A DNA stretch of 64,000 bases from Candidatus Xenobia bacterium. GTDB taxonomy: Bacteria; Vulcanimicrobiota; Xenobia; Xenobiales; QWHO01. The position numbers and the translations under genes were made by a program. The stretch is from the NCBI GenBank assembly GCA_045863235.1, contig BTUM01000020.1, forward strand, positions 43,287 to 107,286. Direction: 5' to 3'. Of this stretch, positions 51,550-59,995 are shown piece after piece. The notes under the pieces are model-generated. The model did not search any database, was not told where the DNA came from, and saw only the letters and a list, made by a program, of their open reading frames with translations. Numbering within the stretch: the stretch's first letter is position 1; the number at the start of each line of letters is the position of its first letter.

Positions 51550-54398
51550 CAGGGCACCTCGGCGGCCCGCCGGCGATAGTCGAGCAGCGGGTTGTGGCCT
51601 GCGAGCTTGTTCCTGGCTGCCTCGTCGGTATTCGCCCGGCAGGCGTTCTGGAAGTTGCAATAGGTGCAGTCGTTCTTGCGGCTCTCGGTGTGCAGGAAGG
51701 CGCCCGTCTCAAGCGGCTCGAGCACGTCTTGCAGCAGGGCCTCGAGGTGGGCCGCGTCGGGGGAGGGGAAGAAGAGCCAGGGCCGCTCGCCGCGCGTGGT
51801 GGGGAAGCAGTAGCTAAGCCCCCGCACGCTCTCGCCGGTGAGCTCCTGGGCGACCAGCGCGTAGAGGGCGTGCTGCAGCAGACGCCCTCCCTGAAAGACG
51901 GCCCCATCCACGGTTTTGAGCCGGCGGCCGGTCTTGTAGTCGACCACCTCGATACCCTGCCCGAGGCGGTCGATGCGGTCGATGCGCCCCCGCAGGGGCA
52001 GGTTCATGACCTTGACCGGCTCGGCGCGGGCCAGGGGCTCGTCCTCGAGCCCGTCCTGGCCGAAGGCCACCTCGCAGCCGATGGGGGTGCGCTCGGGATG
52101 GCTCAGCTCGAGGCGCAAGAAGCACTCCAGATCGCGCTTGAGCATGCGCGTCTCGCCTCTCTCGACGGCCCGGGAAGGAGGAGGATATTCGCGCCGGAAC
52201 GCTTCCAGCGCCTCCTCGAGGAGCTGCTCGAGCCGGGGCGTATCGCGCTCCTTGTCGGGTCGCCACCCGCGCCGGCGAAGCTCGCGATGGTAGGTGGCGA
52301 AAAGGTCGTGCAAGAGCGAGCCCCGGGCCGCCTCGTCGAGCCAGCGGTCGGGGTCGGGGCGAGACAGATCGAGCGGTCGCAGCCTGAGAGCGCGCTCGAG
52401 GAAGTCGCGGAAGGGGCAGGCCGCCAGGCCTTCGAGCCGGCTGGCCGAGACAGGCTCTCCGGTGCGGCGGGGATCGAGCCGTCCGGCCGCAGAAGGCACA
52501 TAGCCGTCGTAGACGGTGAAACGGTCGGAGGCGCGCTCCTCGGCCGCCCGGCGGCCGGCGGCCAGATTGGGGAAGCTCTCCAGGGCCGGGTCGGGGTCGA
52601 GCAGCCAGCGCTCGGTCACGCTGGCGGCGACCTCCGGGCTGGCGTAGCCCACCGGCTCGCCCAGCCAGTGCTCGAGGTCTTCATAGCTCTTCAGCGGGTG
52701 CACCTTGCGGGCGGCCTCAAAAAAGAGCCATGAGGGCAAAAGCTCCTGCCCGCTTCGCAGGTCGCGGGTGGAGTAGCTGAGGGTGACCGCCCCGGTAAGG
52801 TTGGCCAGTTGCTCTCGGATGCGGTGCAGGCGCTCTGCGCCCCGGTCGTGCGAGAGGGCCAGCCCGGGGTGGAGGGCGGTGCGCTCTTCGTCGGTCAAGA
52901 TGGCGTCCTCCACGGCTCCAAGACCGATGCGGCCCTCCTCCAGGCCCAGCACGAAGGTGTGGGGACGGGCGGTCAGCCCCACCCGGTCGAGGGTGGTGAC
53001 GTGCAGGTGCCCCGGCAGGGCCCGCGCGCCCAGATAGTCTAGCGGCTCGAGCTTCTGGCGCAGCCAGCGCACGGTCTCCTCCACGCTCCAGCGCTGGCCC
53101 TCGAGCATCAAGAGCTCGTCGAAAGCGCGGGTGAGGCGCTGGTGGGCGGCGTGGTCCTCGGGCCCGCGCCTGGTGACGTGCTCGTCCGTGATCGATTGCA
53201 GTCCGCGCACCCAGGTGGCCCAGTCGGCGGTGTGACGCGCGTCGACCGGGAGGCGTCGAAAGAGACTCGCGATCCACTTGCCAAGCTGCTCCACCTGCCC
53301 GGCCTGCTCGCTCTGCCCGCGTTGCAGAAGCCAGGCTTTGAGGCGGGCCAGGTGGGTGGCGTAGGTCTCGCGCTCCCAGGTGGCTTCGGAGCGCTCGAGC
53401 AGCGAGCCGGCCAGGGAGGGGTCGAGATCGGGCGGACGCACCAGCCGCGAGAGCAAGAGCTCGCGCAGGTCGAAGGCCGAGTAGCGCTGCTCGATCCAGG
53501 TCAAGAGGCCGAGCAGAGCCTGGCCGGGACGAGAGAGCGAGAGCGGCAGCCCGCGCTCGAAGGTGGCCGGCAGGCTCAGCCCGGCCAGCTTGTCCTTGAG
53601 CAGGGTGAACGACTCGGGATCGGCGCAGGCCAGCTCGACCTGATCGAGCTTGAGCGAGCCGATGCGGCGCAAGACCTCCATGATCTCGGCGTCGCGGCGT
53701 CCGGCGCGGAAAAATCGGGGTTTGGTGGCTTTGGGTTGCTCCGCCTGGCGAGGGCTCGTCGCGAGCCGTCGGGGCAGCGGCAACTGCGGAGCCCGGGAGC
53801 GCAGCTTCTGGCCGGGGAGCCGATCGAGGAAGGCGCGCTCGAGCGGGGCCCACACGGTGGAGGGGAACTCGAGCACCAGGTCACTGACTTGCACGGGAGT
53901 CTGGCTGGCGCGGGCGTAGACGGTGGCGCGGTCGGCCAGGCCCCGGGCCTTCAGGAACTTCTCATAGGCTTTGAGCAGCGCCGTCAGCTCTCTTTGCTTG
54001 GCGCCGGTCAGCGCCTTGCCCAGCTCGCGATGGGTCAGGCCGGCCATGCGCAGCTCGCTGACCGCCGTCCAGAGGGCTTCGGCCATGCCGGGTTGCTCGA
54101 GCAGCTCGGCGAAATGGCGGGGGGTCTTCGGGGACAGCTCGAGCATGAGCTTGTGAATGAGGCTTGGCCCGAGCCCCTCGGGCTTGGGGCTCAGCCCGGC
54201 CGCCAGAAGGTCGGGCGCAGCTGCCTCGAGGGCCATTTCAAAGGGGGTGAGCAAGCGCAGGTTGGCCCAGCTCGTCCCCTGGTGGAGCAGGGCCTCGGAG
54301 AGGGTCCACTTGAGGCTGCGATAGGGGAGAAAGACCCACTTGGCGCGCGTGGGATGGGCGCGGCAAAGCTCGGCGAGTTGTGCCAGGAAAGGGCTCAC
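51549..54398 (-). CDS. addB: AddB-like inactivated helicase with PD-(D/E)XK nuclease and Fe-S cysteines
   Basis: SASRLE.LA.CPF, RG.LLH, LRGRIDRID, VDYKTG, LQ.ALY and CTYCNFQNAC motifs; coupled to addA. Confidence 0.85.
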   Translation of the reverse strand: MSPFLAQLAELCRAHPTRAKWVFLPYRSLKWTLSEALLHQGTSWANLRLLTPFEMALEAAAPDLLAAGLSPKPEGLGPSLIHKLMLELSPKTPRHFAELLEQPGMAEALWTAVSELRMAGLTHRELGKALTGAKQRELTALLKAYEKFLKARGLADRATVYARASQTPVQVSDLVLEFPSTVWAPLERAFLDRLPGQKLRSRAPQLPLPRRLATSPRQAEQPKATKPRFFRAGRRDAEIMEVLRRIGSLKLDQVELACADPESFTLLKDKLAGLSLPATFERGLPLSLSRPGQALLGLLTWIEQRYSAFDLRELLLSRLVRPPDLDPSLAGSLLERSEATWERETYATHLARLKAWLLQRGQSEQAGQVEQLGKWIASLFRRLPVDARHTADWATWVRGLQSITDEHVTRRGPEDHAAHQRLTRAFDELLMLEGQRWSVEETVRWLRQKLEPLDYLGARALPGHLHVTTLDRVGLTARPHTFVLGLEEGRIGLGAVEDAILTDEERTALHPGLALSHDRGAERLHRIREQLANLTGAVTLSYSTRDLRSGQELLPSWLFFEAARKVHPLKSYEDLEHWLGEPVGYASPEVAASVTERWLLDPDPALESFPNLAAGRRAAEERASDRFTVYDGYVPSAAGRLDPRRTGEPVSASRLEGLAACPFRDFLERALRLRPLDLSRPDPDRWLDEAARGSLLHDLFATYHRELRRRGWRPDKERDTPRLEQLLEEALEAFRREYPPPSRAVERGETRMLKRDLECFLRLELSHPERTPIGCEVAFGQDGLEDEPLARAEPVKVMNLPLRGRIDRIDRLGQGIEVVDYKTGRRLKTVDGAVFQGGRLLQHALYALVAQELTGESVRGLSYCFPTTRGERPWLFFPSPDAAHLEALLQDVLEPLETGAFLHTESRKNDCTYCNFQNACRANTDEAARNKLAGHNPLLDYRRRAAEVP

Positions 54399-54457
54399 CT
54401 GCTCGGCCTTCGCGGCCCGGGGCAGGTTGCCCCTCGGGGGCGCTCGAACCCCGTGGC

Positions 54458-55021
54458 ATGAGGATTTTTCTCTCGCTGTTGCTGGCTGTTGCGCTTCCGG
54501 CCGGAGCCCAGCCCTATACTCCCGAGACCGCTCCAGAAGACCTGAAGGCGCCGACTCAACGCGCCCTGGACGCCTTCCAGGAAGTCAAGACGCGGCTGCT
54601 CGGTCGCCTGGGCCAGGCCCTGCAGAAGGGCGGCCCGGAGCTGGCCATCGAGGTTTGCCGCGAGGAAGCGCCGCGCCTGACCACCGGCGCGGTCGGCTTC
54701 CCGGTCGGCCGCACCAGCCATCGCCTGCGAAACCCCAAGAACGCCACCCCGAAGTGGGCCCAGACATACCTCGACCAGTTCGCCTCCCAGCCGGCCGAGA
54801 AGGCTCCCGTCTGGGTCGTGCCTCTGCAGGGGCGAGTGGGAGTGATCGCCCCGCTGGGCACGCAGTCGCTCTGCCTTCAGTGTCACGGCGACCCCGGGGC
54901 CATGCCGGCCGAGCTTCGCACCACCTTGAAGCGGCTCTATCCCACCGACCGGGCCACCGGCTTCGAGGTGGGAGACCTGCGGGGCGTCATCTGGGCCGAG
55001 GTGCCGGTCGACGAGCCTTGA
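54458..55021 (+). CDS. Exported c-type heme protein (DUF3365-like)
   Basis: Signal peptide, AIEVC, RTS.RLRNP.N, CLQCHG and YP.D.ATGF..GDLRG motifs. Confidence 0.85.
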   Translation: MRIFLSLLLAVALPAGAQPYTPETAPEDLKAPTQRALDAFQEVKTRLLGRLGQALQKGGPELAIEVCREEAPRLTTGAVGFPVGRTSHRLRNPKNATPKWAQTYLDQFASQPAEKAPVWVVPLQGRVGVIAPLGTQSLCLQCHGDPGAMPAELRTTLKRLYPTDRATGFEVGDLRGVIWAEVPVDEP

Positions 55022-55215
55022 CATCATCTGCGCTCTGAGCTCTTCCAGGCGCCCAAACAGCGGGCGCAGATCTCGATACCTCCCTGCGATTGATGGCGCT
55101 GGCACTCGGCGCTCCCCCTATCCTTCATTTGGAGGCTTCAGTCACCCGGTTCCCCACGAGGCCCGGAGACTGATGAGGCCAGCTTATCCGGGCCAGGTGA
55201 CAGGTAGTGTCATCC

Positions 55216-56388
55216 TCAGCGACCCAGCTCGAGCAGATGGATGACTTCCTCGATCAGAGCAATGAACTGCTCGTTACGCACGAACCGAAAGTGGGAGAGA
55301 TCCAGTGGCAAGAGCCCGGTGGCCACGATCCCCTCGGCGTGCAGTCGGCTCTCGTTGACGCGAGGCTGGACGGTCTCGATGATGACCCCGTCTTGCACGA
55401 GCTGGACGAGGTTGGAGCGGAAGGCGGCGGTGAGGGCGTGCTCAAAGGTCCCCCTGTAGTCGAGCAGGATGGCCCAGCCGCGAAACATGGGAAAGTCGGC
55501 CAGGGAAATGTGGGGAAGCGGCACCGCATCGGGCGGTGAGGGCCAGCAGGCCCTGGGCTGCCCGATGGGCTGGAAATCCTCAGGCTGGTAACGCATCCAG
55601 AAGCGCCCGCGCGCGAAAACCCCCCCTGTCTCGGGCCCGGGCACCGAGATGCCGGCCGTATCGCCGGCCGGCATCAGGGCCACCCGCAGGGGCATGGAGT
55701 GGGAGCCCGAGGGGATGTAGAGCCGGGTGCGGCCCTTGACGACGCGCGGGGCGTGCTGGCGGCTGCCGAGCAGGGCCCGGCAGAGAGGGGAGCCGTTGAG
55801 GTAGACGGGAATCTCCGAATAGGCGCAGTGGTGGACCAGCAATCCCACCTCGGGGCGCACCATCCCCACCAGCGATATGTTGGGCTCCAGGAAGAGCCCC
55901 ACCGAGTCGGTGTTGGTCTTGAAGGGTAGCCCGCTCACTTTGAAGCGATCATTGGTGATGGGCCGCACTGACTGGAGCTGATCCTTCTCGCCAGCAACGC
56001 GCAAACGTTGCCCCTGGCTGATCATGTCCACCCGCCGAGGCCTCAGGGCCTGCAGGGCCAGGATGGCTGAGGCCAGGTGCACGTAGCGGCGCTCACTGCC
56101 GGTAGGCGAGGAGAGGGCCCAGCGCACGAGCTGGCCCAGCTGCTCCCCGATCGGAAGGCCGTCGTGCACCAGCTCGAAGGAGCTCGGCCAGATCCGGATG
56201 CGCACCGTGGAAGCGCCGCTGGCGACCGCCCACTGCACCAGCTTGACGGCGTAGAGGTAGGGGGTGGGGAACTGGGTGCGCGCCAGCTTGCGAGCGGCCG
56301 AGAACTGGTCGATGGTGAACTCGCCCGCAGAATCCACCTCGCCACCCTGGCGGATTTGATCGAGCAAGTTTTGCAGCTCGCCGTGCAC
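55216..56388 (-). CDS. Hypothetical protein with degenerate GHKL/HATPase-like N-terminus
   Basis: DSAGEFTID...A.RKLA..Q...P..Y..KLVQ.AV.SGA...HDG pattern; GTG start inferred. Confidence 0.65.
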   Translation of the reverse strand: MHGELQNLLDQIRQGGEVDSAGEFTIDQFSAARKLARTQFPTPYLYAVKLVQWAVASGASTVRIRIWPSSFELVHDGLPIGEQLGQLVRWALSSPTGSERRYVHLASAILALQALRPRRVDMISQGQRLRVAGEKDQLQSVRPITNDRFKVSGLPFKTNTDSVGLFLEPNISLVGMVRPEVGLLVHHCAYSEIPVYLNGSPLCRALLGSRQHAPRVVKGRTRLYIPSGSHSMPLRVALMPAGDTAGISVPGPETGGVFARGRFWMRYQPEDFQPIGQPRACWPSPPDAVPLPHISLADFPMFRGWAILLDYRGTFEHALTAAFRSNLVQLVQDGVIIETVQPRVNESRLHAEGIVATGLLPLDLSHFRFVRNEQFIALIEEVIHLLELGR

Positions 56389-56491
56389 TCCCGGGCGCTT
56401 CGGTGAGGAATGGTCGGGTCCCCCCACCCCGAGGCGTGTCGCCTGGCAGGCACGGCCCGTGCCCCCCGGCGTCGCCCGGGCTGGCACACGG

Positions 56492-57094
56492 TCAACCAGC
56501 GAGCAACCCGCTCAGGCAGCAGCGCACCACCTGGAGCACGGCCGGCCGCACGGCTACCGAGCCTGGCTGAGGCAGCGCGCGGCTGATCAGGATGCCGGCC
56601 AGCCCGTGCATGGCCGCCCACAGGGGCAGCTCGGCCTGCTTGCGGGCGCCGGGGCGGAAAGCGCCCTCGGCCTCCAGGCCGTCGAGCGCCTGGCGAAACA
56701 GCTCGAACGAGGTTTTCCCGCCCGGCCCGCGACCGGAGTCCGGGCGGTCCGAGCCGGCGCCGTGGGGGCCGAACATCACCTGAAAGCGGGCCGGATCCTC
56801 CAGGGCGAACTCGACGTAGGCCAGGGCGATGGACTCCAGAGCCTCCACGCCGCGTCTGCCGCGCAGGGCATGCTCCATGCTCCCGGCCAGGCCGGAGAAG
56901 CCTGCCCGGGCCACTTCGGCCAGGAGCTCGCTCTTGTCGGCGAAGTGCTTGTAGCAGGCGCTGGGCGCCACCCCCACCAGCGAGGCCGCCTGGCGCAGGC
57001 TGAATCCTTCGCTGCCGTGCGCGCTCACCAGGGAGGTGGCGGCCTCGATCAGCGCGGCCCGGAGATCGCCATGATGGTAGGGCATGGGGCGCAT
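56492..57094 (-). CDS. TetR/AcrR family regulator (WHG-type C-terminus)
   Basis: YHHGDLR.ALI, FSLRQAA..VGV...A.Y.HF..K and WAAMHG motifs. Confidence 0.92.
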   Translation of the reverse strand: MRPMPYHHGDLRAALIEAATSLVSAHGSEGFSLRQAASLVGVAPSACYKHFADKSELLAEVARAGFSGLAGSMEHALRGRRGVEALESIALAYVEFALEDPARFQVMFGPHGAGSDRPDSGRGPGGKTSFELFRQALDGLEAEGAFRPGARKQAELPLWAAMHGLAGILISRALPQPGSVAVRPAVLQVVRCCLSGLLAG

Positions 57095-57156
57095 GGTGAC
57101 ATTCTCGGGAGGGGCTGTAAAGAGGGTGCCTTCTGTCCGGCCAGGAATGGCCGGGC

Positions 57157-58059
57157 ATGGCGCAACTCTTTCCCAGCCTGGTGATCTTCTTGTCGCTGTT
57201 GGACGCGGCCGTCACCGTGAGCTTCCGAGACGTCCTGCGAGTGGCCATGCAGTTTCCCCTGATTGCACGCGCCCTGCTGGCCGTGCTCGTGCTGGTTCCC
57301 GCCTTCGCCACCCTGCTCACCTTCATCGAGGGCATTCCCTGGCCGACCCGTGTCGCTCTGGCCCTGATGGCTTGTTCCCCAGGGGCCCCCATGTCCGCCA
57401 AGCGGGCGGTCCAACTGGGGAGCCCGCTTTCGACCGCCATGGCGATGCAGCTGATCGTGGCGGGAGCGGGAGTGATCACCGCCCCCCTGACCTTGATTTT
57501 GATGGCCCACCTGCACGGCCTGCGGGCCTGGATCCCGATCGAGCAGGTGGCTCAGCAGGTCTTCACCGTGCAGGTCATCCCGGTGGCACTGGGCTTGTTT
57601 TTGACCTACCGATTCCCGAAGCTGAGGGCCCGCCTGAGCCGACCCCTGAGCGTGGCGGCGAACCTGTGCATGTTGCTGCTGGTCATCCTGACCCTGGCGG
57701 CGGTGGCCGGGGACATTTTCGAGCTCGCTGCCGGCAGCTGGGGGGCGCTCCTCTCTCTGTCCGTGGTCTCACTGGCGATCGGCCACTTCCTGGGGGGTCC
57801 CGCGCCTGAGACACGGGTGGCCATGGCCATTGCCTCGGCCAACCGAAACCTCGGCCTGGCCCTCTTCCTCAGCACGCTGGTGCGCGCTCAGCCTCAGAAG
57901 CTGATCATCATCTATGCGCTGGTGAATTTTCTGATGAGCGAGATCTACAAGCATCTCGTCCATCGAAGGTTGGCCAGCTCGAAGAGCCGGGCGGAAACTG
58001 AGCAAGACGAAACAAAACGACAGGTTGATCTGCAGGAAGAGTCCCCCCCTGTAAGGTAG
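57157..58059 (+). CDS. Bile acid:sodium symporter family transporter
   Basis: Multi-TM; CSPGAP, GHFLGGP and RNLGLAL motifs. Confidence 0.85.
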   Translation: MAQLFPSLVIFLSLLDAAVTVSFRDVLRVAMQFPLIARALLAVLVLVPAFATLLTFIEGIPWPTRVALALMACSPGAPMSAKRAVQLGSPLSTAMAMQLIVAGAGVITAPLTLILMAHLHGLRAWIPIEQVAQQVFTVQVIPVALGLFLTYRFPKLRARLSRPLSVAANLCMLLLVILTLAAVAGDIFELAAGSWGALLSLSVVSLAIGHFLGGPAPETRVAMAIASANRNLGLALFLSTLVRAQPQKLIIIYALVNFLMSEIYKHLVHRRLASSKSRAETEQDETKRQVDLQEESPPVR

Positions 58060-58125
58060 TTCCCGCGGTCAAAACTCTGTCGAGCACGCGGGGTCTGTGC
58101 TCCTAAGCCCTAGGAGGAAACTTCC

Positions 58126-59367
58126 TTGTTGTTCGCATTCAATCGAGTCCTGGCCATTCTTGTTCTGCTGACCTGCCTGACGCCTGGCGTATCGGCTCAG
58201 ACCCCATACGTGCCGGTCTGGGTGGATACGACGGGCAAGCTGAGTGACCAGGCCGTGGCCGACGTGGTGGCTCAGGTCGCCGCCGAGAACTCCAATCCGG
58301 ATCATATTGTGGTCATCGTGCACGGCTTCGCCACTGACCGTGACACCAGCACCGAGCAGTACAACACGCTCGGCCCCCGCTTCAAGGCCGCCTTCGAGAA
58401 GCTCGGCAAGAAGGCCGTGGTGGTTGGATTCCAGTGGGATTCCTCGGTCGAGAGCGGCTTGCTGGGGATGGAGGGGGAGTACTTCGAAACCATCCCCCAG
58501 GCCCACACCACCGGACGCAACGCCCTGCGCCAGGTGCTGCTCGCCCTGCAGCAGCGATTTCCGAAAGCGGCCTTGAACATCGCCGGCCACAGCATGGGAT
58601 GCGAGGTCTCGGCCGCGGCCGTCATACCCGAGCTGAAATTCGATGACAAGGACACCCAGCCTGAGATCTTTCAAGCCGGGCAGGACATCGTGCTCAACAC
58701 GGCCACCCTGGCCGGCTCCGATCTCGATTACGACATCTGGTATAAGGGCGGAGTGTCAGCTAGAGAGAGCGGAACTCGTCGCTGCAAGTTTGCCTGGATG
58801 ACCATGTCCAAGATTCTGGGTGAGCAGCAGGATGAAGTCCTGAAGATGCGCGCCATGGTACGAGGCGATGCCTCCGGCAACATGTTCCCGCTCATGACCG
58901 AGCAGCAGTATGACACGCTGTTCAAGAACCGGGCCGTGCTCTTTGACAACCAGAACATCCCCACCGACCACTCCTTCTTGAAATACTACGACGAGGAGCG
59001 TCTGGCTCGCATTGCCCCGGTCGCAGTCTTCCTCGCCGACCCCAGCCAACCCGAGCCGGAGGAGCTGGTTGAGCTCGACCAGATCGTCCAGGCTCCGGAG
59101 GTGGGCAACATCCTCCTGCCGATGCTCGACAGCCCGCGCCTGGCGGCCCAGGTTTACGCCCTGTGGAGGATGGAGCACCTGGATTGTGGCGGCTGCAAGC
59201 ACATGTCCGATGGCTACCTCACCAGCATCGTCAAGAAGATGCGCAAGACGCCGCGGGCGATCAAAGGCATGCGCGCAGACAGCGAGTGCAAGACGGTCCA
59301 GCAGGGATATTGGCCCACCAAGACGATGATGAAGCGGGCTGGTGCGCCCGAGGGAGCGGAGCTTTGA
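58126..59367 (+). CDS. Exported alpha/beta hydrolase (DUF900-like)
   Basis: AGGAGG RBS then TTG; signal peptide; VHGF and GHSMG motifs. Confidence 0.8.
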   Translation: MLFAFNRVLAILVLLTCLTPGVSAQTPYVPVWVDTTGKLSDQAVADVVAQVAAENSNPDHIVVIVHGFATDRDTSTEQYNTLGPRFKAAFEKLGKKAVVVGFQWDSSVESGLLGMEGEYFETIPQAHTTGRNALRQVLLALQQRFPKAALNIAGHSMGCEVSAAAVIPELKFDDKDTQPEIFQAGQDIVLNTATLAGSDLDYDIWYKGGVSARESGTRRCKFAWMTMSKILGEQQDEVLKMRAMVRGDASGNMFPLMTEQQYDTLFKNRAVLFDNQNIPTDHSFLKYYDEERLARIAPVAVFLADPSQPEPEELVELDQIVQAPEVGNILLPMLDSPRLAAQVYALWRMEHLDCGGCKHMSDGYLTSIVKKMRKTPRAIKGMRADSECKTVQQGYWPTKTMMKRAGAPEGAEL

Positions 59368-59395
59368 GATGTTTAGACACCAACGAGGAGGCCTG

Positions 59396-59950
59396 ATGCG
59401 CAACTTTTCCCTGGCTCTGATTCTGCTACTGCTCGGCATGGCGCCGACCCTGGCTCAGGGCAGCCCGGCCTACGACGGGCTCACCGTTCTGGGGGCAGCC
59501 CCCAAGCTGACCGACGAGCAGGGCTCCACCCTCACCCTGGTGGCCTGCCACACCAAATACAAGGAGCCCGTGGTGGGTTTCTACTTCGTACAGAACGGTG
59601 TGGAGGTGCGCTTTTATGCCAACGCCGCCACCTGGGACAAGCTCAAGCAAAAGCTGATCAAAGCCCGCGACCAGTGGGCCACCCTGGCGCCGCGGGAGTT
59701 CGAGATGGAAGGAGCCGTCAAGGGCTACCAGATCAAGAACCGCGTGGCAACCCTTCGCCTCAGCCTGATCGGCGAGACCGATCTCGCCGACCGGCGGCTG
59801 CAGATGTCGGCCACCGGCGGAGCTGCCAAGCCCCAGCGCGCCATGGTGGCGCTGCGCGATACCGAGTTGAAGGCGCTGGTGGAGGATTTCTACAAGATCG
59901 ACGACTACTTCCGCGCCGCCGGGAACGCGGGGCAGCCGCCGGCTCCCTGA
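59396..59950 (+). CDS. Exported hypothetical protein
   Basis: GAGGAGG RBS; signal peptide MRNFSLALILLLLGMAPTLA. Confidence 0.75.
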   Translation: MRNFSLALILLLLGMAPTLAQGSPAYDGLTVLGAAPKLTDEQGSTLTLVACHTKYKEPVVGFYFVQNGVEVRFYANAATWDKLKQKLIKARDQWATLAPREFEMEGAVKGYQIKNRVATLRLSLIGETDLADRRLQMSATGGAAKPQRAMVALRDTELKALVEDFYKIDDYFRAAGNAGQPPAP

Positions 59951-59995
59951 CGGTCTTCGGGTAGAGAGGCAGCGTTCAGCGCGGCCTCTCTGCAT

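Noticed and set aside
55145..55215. Hammerhead ribozyme (CTGATGAG at 55170 followed by a GGCC/GGCC stem)
   Set aside because: The required GAAA core does not follow stem II.
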